The notes beneath the pieces are model-generated. The model saw only the letters and a list, made by a program, of their open reading frames with translations, was not told where the DNA came from and searched no databases. A stretch of DNA of 64,000 nucleotides from Dicyema japonicum (Eukaryota > Animalia > Dicyemida), in contig RDEW01000022.1 of the NCBI GenBank assembly GCA_011109175.1, forward strand, positions 766,273 through 830,272. The letters are read 5' to 3'. The position numbers were made by a program, and so were the translations under genes. Within the stretch, counting starts at the first letter, position 1; each line of letters opens with the position of its first letter. This document shows positions 63,727 through 64,000 of the stretch, piece by piece.

Positions 63727-64000
63727 TCCGAGATATACGACTATACAATGTGTGATGAATAGCAAATCCAAGTCCATAGTGACGACACGTTGTTGGAAGA
63801 ATAATCAAATGATAATTTCCCACCCGCATGCATGTGTTGTCAGTTATTTTTGTTTCCTGTAGGCAGCATACTGTAACATTATAGTGATCCAAATCACGTG
63901 ACAGCTGAAGCTTCTTGTATGTTGGATTGAGTCTTCTTACATTCAGGGTACCCACAGAAAAAAGGCAGTTAGATATTAGACGTGAGAAAGACATATGTGC
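63727..64000 (-). mobile_element. RTE LINE 5' end, start of the APE domain
   Basis: VGTLNVR..CCLQETK..YGLGFAI. Confidence 0.8.

Overview
Eukaryotic, animal-type, AT-rich draft scaffold. Small islands of very compact genes with ultrashort spliceosomal introns (21-29 nt in the models I could resolve) sit in a dense field of decayed transposons. This architecture is known from reduced parasitic animals such as myxozoans and dicyemids, but the taxon cannot be fixed from this window. Host genes read by manual splicing: a TRPA1-like channel, a secreted protein with two tandem I29 cathepsin-propeptide inhibitor domains and no protease domain, EMC4, a miniaturised Pellino, mago nashi, STRAD pseudokinase, a degenerate AIF, a probable ANTH-type adaptor, a DnaJ protein, and back-to-back 5'-truncated Apn1 and KRR1 pseudogenes. 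Mobile DNA: hAT (Charlie/Buster), Ginger, MULE, Tigger/pogo, several CRE-like RLE non-LTR elements, RTE elements, Jockey/I/Ingi-like LINEs and a probable Penelope-like relic. The best candidate for a new system is a non-coding ~320 bp SINE-like family. It contains a covarying double pseudoknot with HDV-ribozyme topology and ends in a covarying 3' stem shared with several diverged LINEs. Several single-N gaps are flanked by duplicated sequence and are treated as assembly artefacts. All calls come from motif recognition by eye; TE boundaries are approximate unless TIRs or TSDs are given.
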